DNA of 64,000 nucleotides, taken from the NCBI GenBank assembly GCA_964016885.1, contig OZ024755.1:42036001-42100000 (forward strand), read 5' to 3'. This document shows, one piece after another, positions 62,101-64,000 of the stretch; the stretch's first letter is position 1, and the number at the start of each line of letters is the position of its first letter. The notes beneath the pieces were generated by a model. The model had not been told where the DNA came from. It worked only from the letters and a program-made list of their open reading frames with translations, and did no database searches. The DNA comes from Eledone cirrhosa. Lineage: Eukaryota. The position numbers and the translations under genes are program-made.

Positions 62101-63832
62101 CGACGGCAGATGAAACTTATGGTAAGGCAGGGTAGGTGTAAATGTTTTGACGACGACAGATGAAACTTATGGTAAGGCGGTGTAAATGTTTTGACGACGG
62201 CAGATGAAACTTATGGTAAGGCGGTGTAAATGTTTTGACGACGGTAGATGAAACTTATGGTAAGGCAGGGGAGGTGTAAATGTTTTGACGACGACAGATG
62301 AAACTTATGGTAAGGCGGTGTAAATGTTTTGACGACGACAGATGAAACTTATGGTAAGGCGGTGTAAATGTTTTGACGACGGTAGATGAAACTTATGGTA
62401 AGGCAGGGTAGGTGTAAATGTTTTGACGACGGCAGATGAAACTTATGGTAAGGCGGCGTAAATGTTTTGACGAGCGCAGATGAAACTTATGGTAAGGCAG
62501 GGTAGGTGTAAATGTTTTGACGACGGCAGATGAAACTTATGGTAAGACGGTGTAAATGTTTTGACGACGGTAGATGAAACTTATGGTAAGGCAGGGTAGG
62601 TGTAAATGTTTTGACGATGGCAGATGAAACTTGTGGTAAGGCAGGGTAGGTGTAAATGTTTTGACGACGACAGATGAAACTTATGGTAAGGCAGGGTATG
62701 TGTAAATGTTTTGACGACGGCAGATGAAACTTATGGTAAGGCAGGGTAGGTGTAAATGTTTTGACGACGACAGATGAAACTTATGGTAAGGCAGGGTATG
62801 TGTAAATGTTTTGACGACGGCAGATGAAACTTATGGTAAGGCAGGGTAGGTGTAAATGTTTTGACGACGGCAGATGAAACTTATGGTAAGGCAGGGTAGG
62901 TGTAAATGTTTTGACGACGGCAGATGAAACTTATGGTAAGGCGGTGTAAATGTTTTGATGACGGTAGATGAAACTCATGGTAAGGCAGGGTAGGTGTAAA
63001 TGTTTTGACGACGGCAGATGAAACTTATGGTAAGGCGGTGTAAATGTTTTGACGACGGCAGATGAAACTTATGGTAAGGCAGGGTAGGTGTAAATGTTTT
63101 GACGACGGCAGATGAAACTTATGGTAAGGCAGGGTAGCTGTAAATGTTTTGACGACGACAGATGAAACTTATGGTAAGGCAGGGTAGGTGTAAATGTTTT
63201 GACGACGGCAGATGAAACTTATGGTAAGGCAGGGTAGGTGTAAATGTTTTGACGACGGCAGATGAAACTTATGGTAAGGCGGTGTAAATGTTTTGACGAC
63301 GGTAGATGAAACTTATGGTAAGGCGGTGTAAATGTTTTGATGACGGTAGATGAAACTTATGGTAAGGCAGGGTAGGTGTAAATGTTTTGACGACGGCAGA
63401 TGAAACTTATGGTAAGGCGGTGTAAATGTTTTGACGACGGTAGATGAAACTTATGGTAAGGCGGTGTAAATGTTTTGATGACGGTAGATGAAACTTATGG
63501 TAAGGCGGTGTAAATGTTTTGACGACGACAGATGAAACTTATGGTAAGGCGGTGTAAATGTTAAGACGACGACAGATGAAACTTATGGTAAGGCGGTGTA
63601 AATGTTTTGACGACGGCAGATGAAACTTATGGTAAGGCGGTGTAAATGTTTTGACGACGGCAGATGAAACTTATGGTAAGGCGGTGTATATGTTTTGACG
63701 ACGGTAGACGAAACTTATGGTAAGGCGGTGTAAATGTTTTGACGACGGCAGATGAAACTTATGGTAAGGCAGGGTAGGTGTAAATGTTTTGACGACGGCA
63801 GATGAAACTTATGGTAAGGCGGTGTACATGTT
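56163..63832. repeat. Satellite of 50-bp and 44-bp monomers (roughly 160) with a 2236-bp higher-order duplication
   Basis: Unit gacgacggcagatgaaacttatggtaaggc[agggta]ggtgtaaatgtttt. Rare variants recur 2236 bp apart (58560/60796, 58742/60978). Confidence 0.97.
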
Positions 63833-64000
63833 AATGCTTTAAACATGATTCTCTCCTCTAAAAATTAGGTTAATAGTTCAAACAATTAGAAACCTATTTA
63901 CTCCGACTCATCTCTCACGTTTATAGATTTCTGCAATGTTGTTTTTAAATTTCCAAGAACGCCTCACAATGTTAATGTTGTTGTAAAGACTGGACTAGAA

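Noticed and set aside
56163-63832. CRISPR-like regular repeats
   Set aside because: There are no unique spacers and no cas genes, and the context is eukaryotic. It is a tandem satellite.

Overview
Eukaryotic, repeat-saturated animal DNA. The (TA)n/(CA)n load and the SINE/LINE types suggest a cephalopod such as Octopus, but that is inference. Most ORF-track entries are microsatellite artefacts. Real content: five Penelope-like retroelements or fragments (three Hydra-like, one Neptune-like, one unassigned) and many non-coding pseudo-LTR insertions in (TA)n. Also present are a 5'-truncated RTE LINE with an open ORF and a PHD finger inside the RT, decayed R4/Dong-like, Tx1/L1-like and RTE elements, tRNA-derived SINEs, two MITE candidates, minisatellites, a 7.7-kb 50/44-bp satellite and one candidate host first exon (MGTGVSS..., minus strand). 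Main signals: (1) about 30 type I hammerhead ribozyme motifs from at least 12 sequence families, folded by eye, many with variant cores or palindromic stem III; (2) a retrozyme-like array of identical 311-bp hammerhead monomers with an internal inversion; (3) a recurrent fold-back insertion design in which both 3' ends face outward into (TA)n, one at a family-specific short site and the other at a long site. Boundaries inside microsatellites are approximate.
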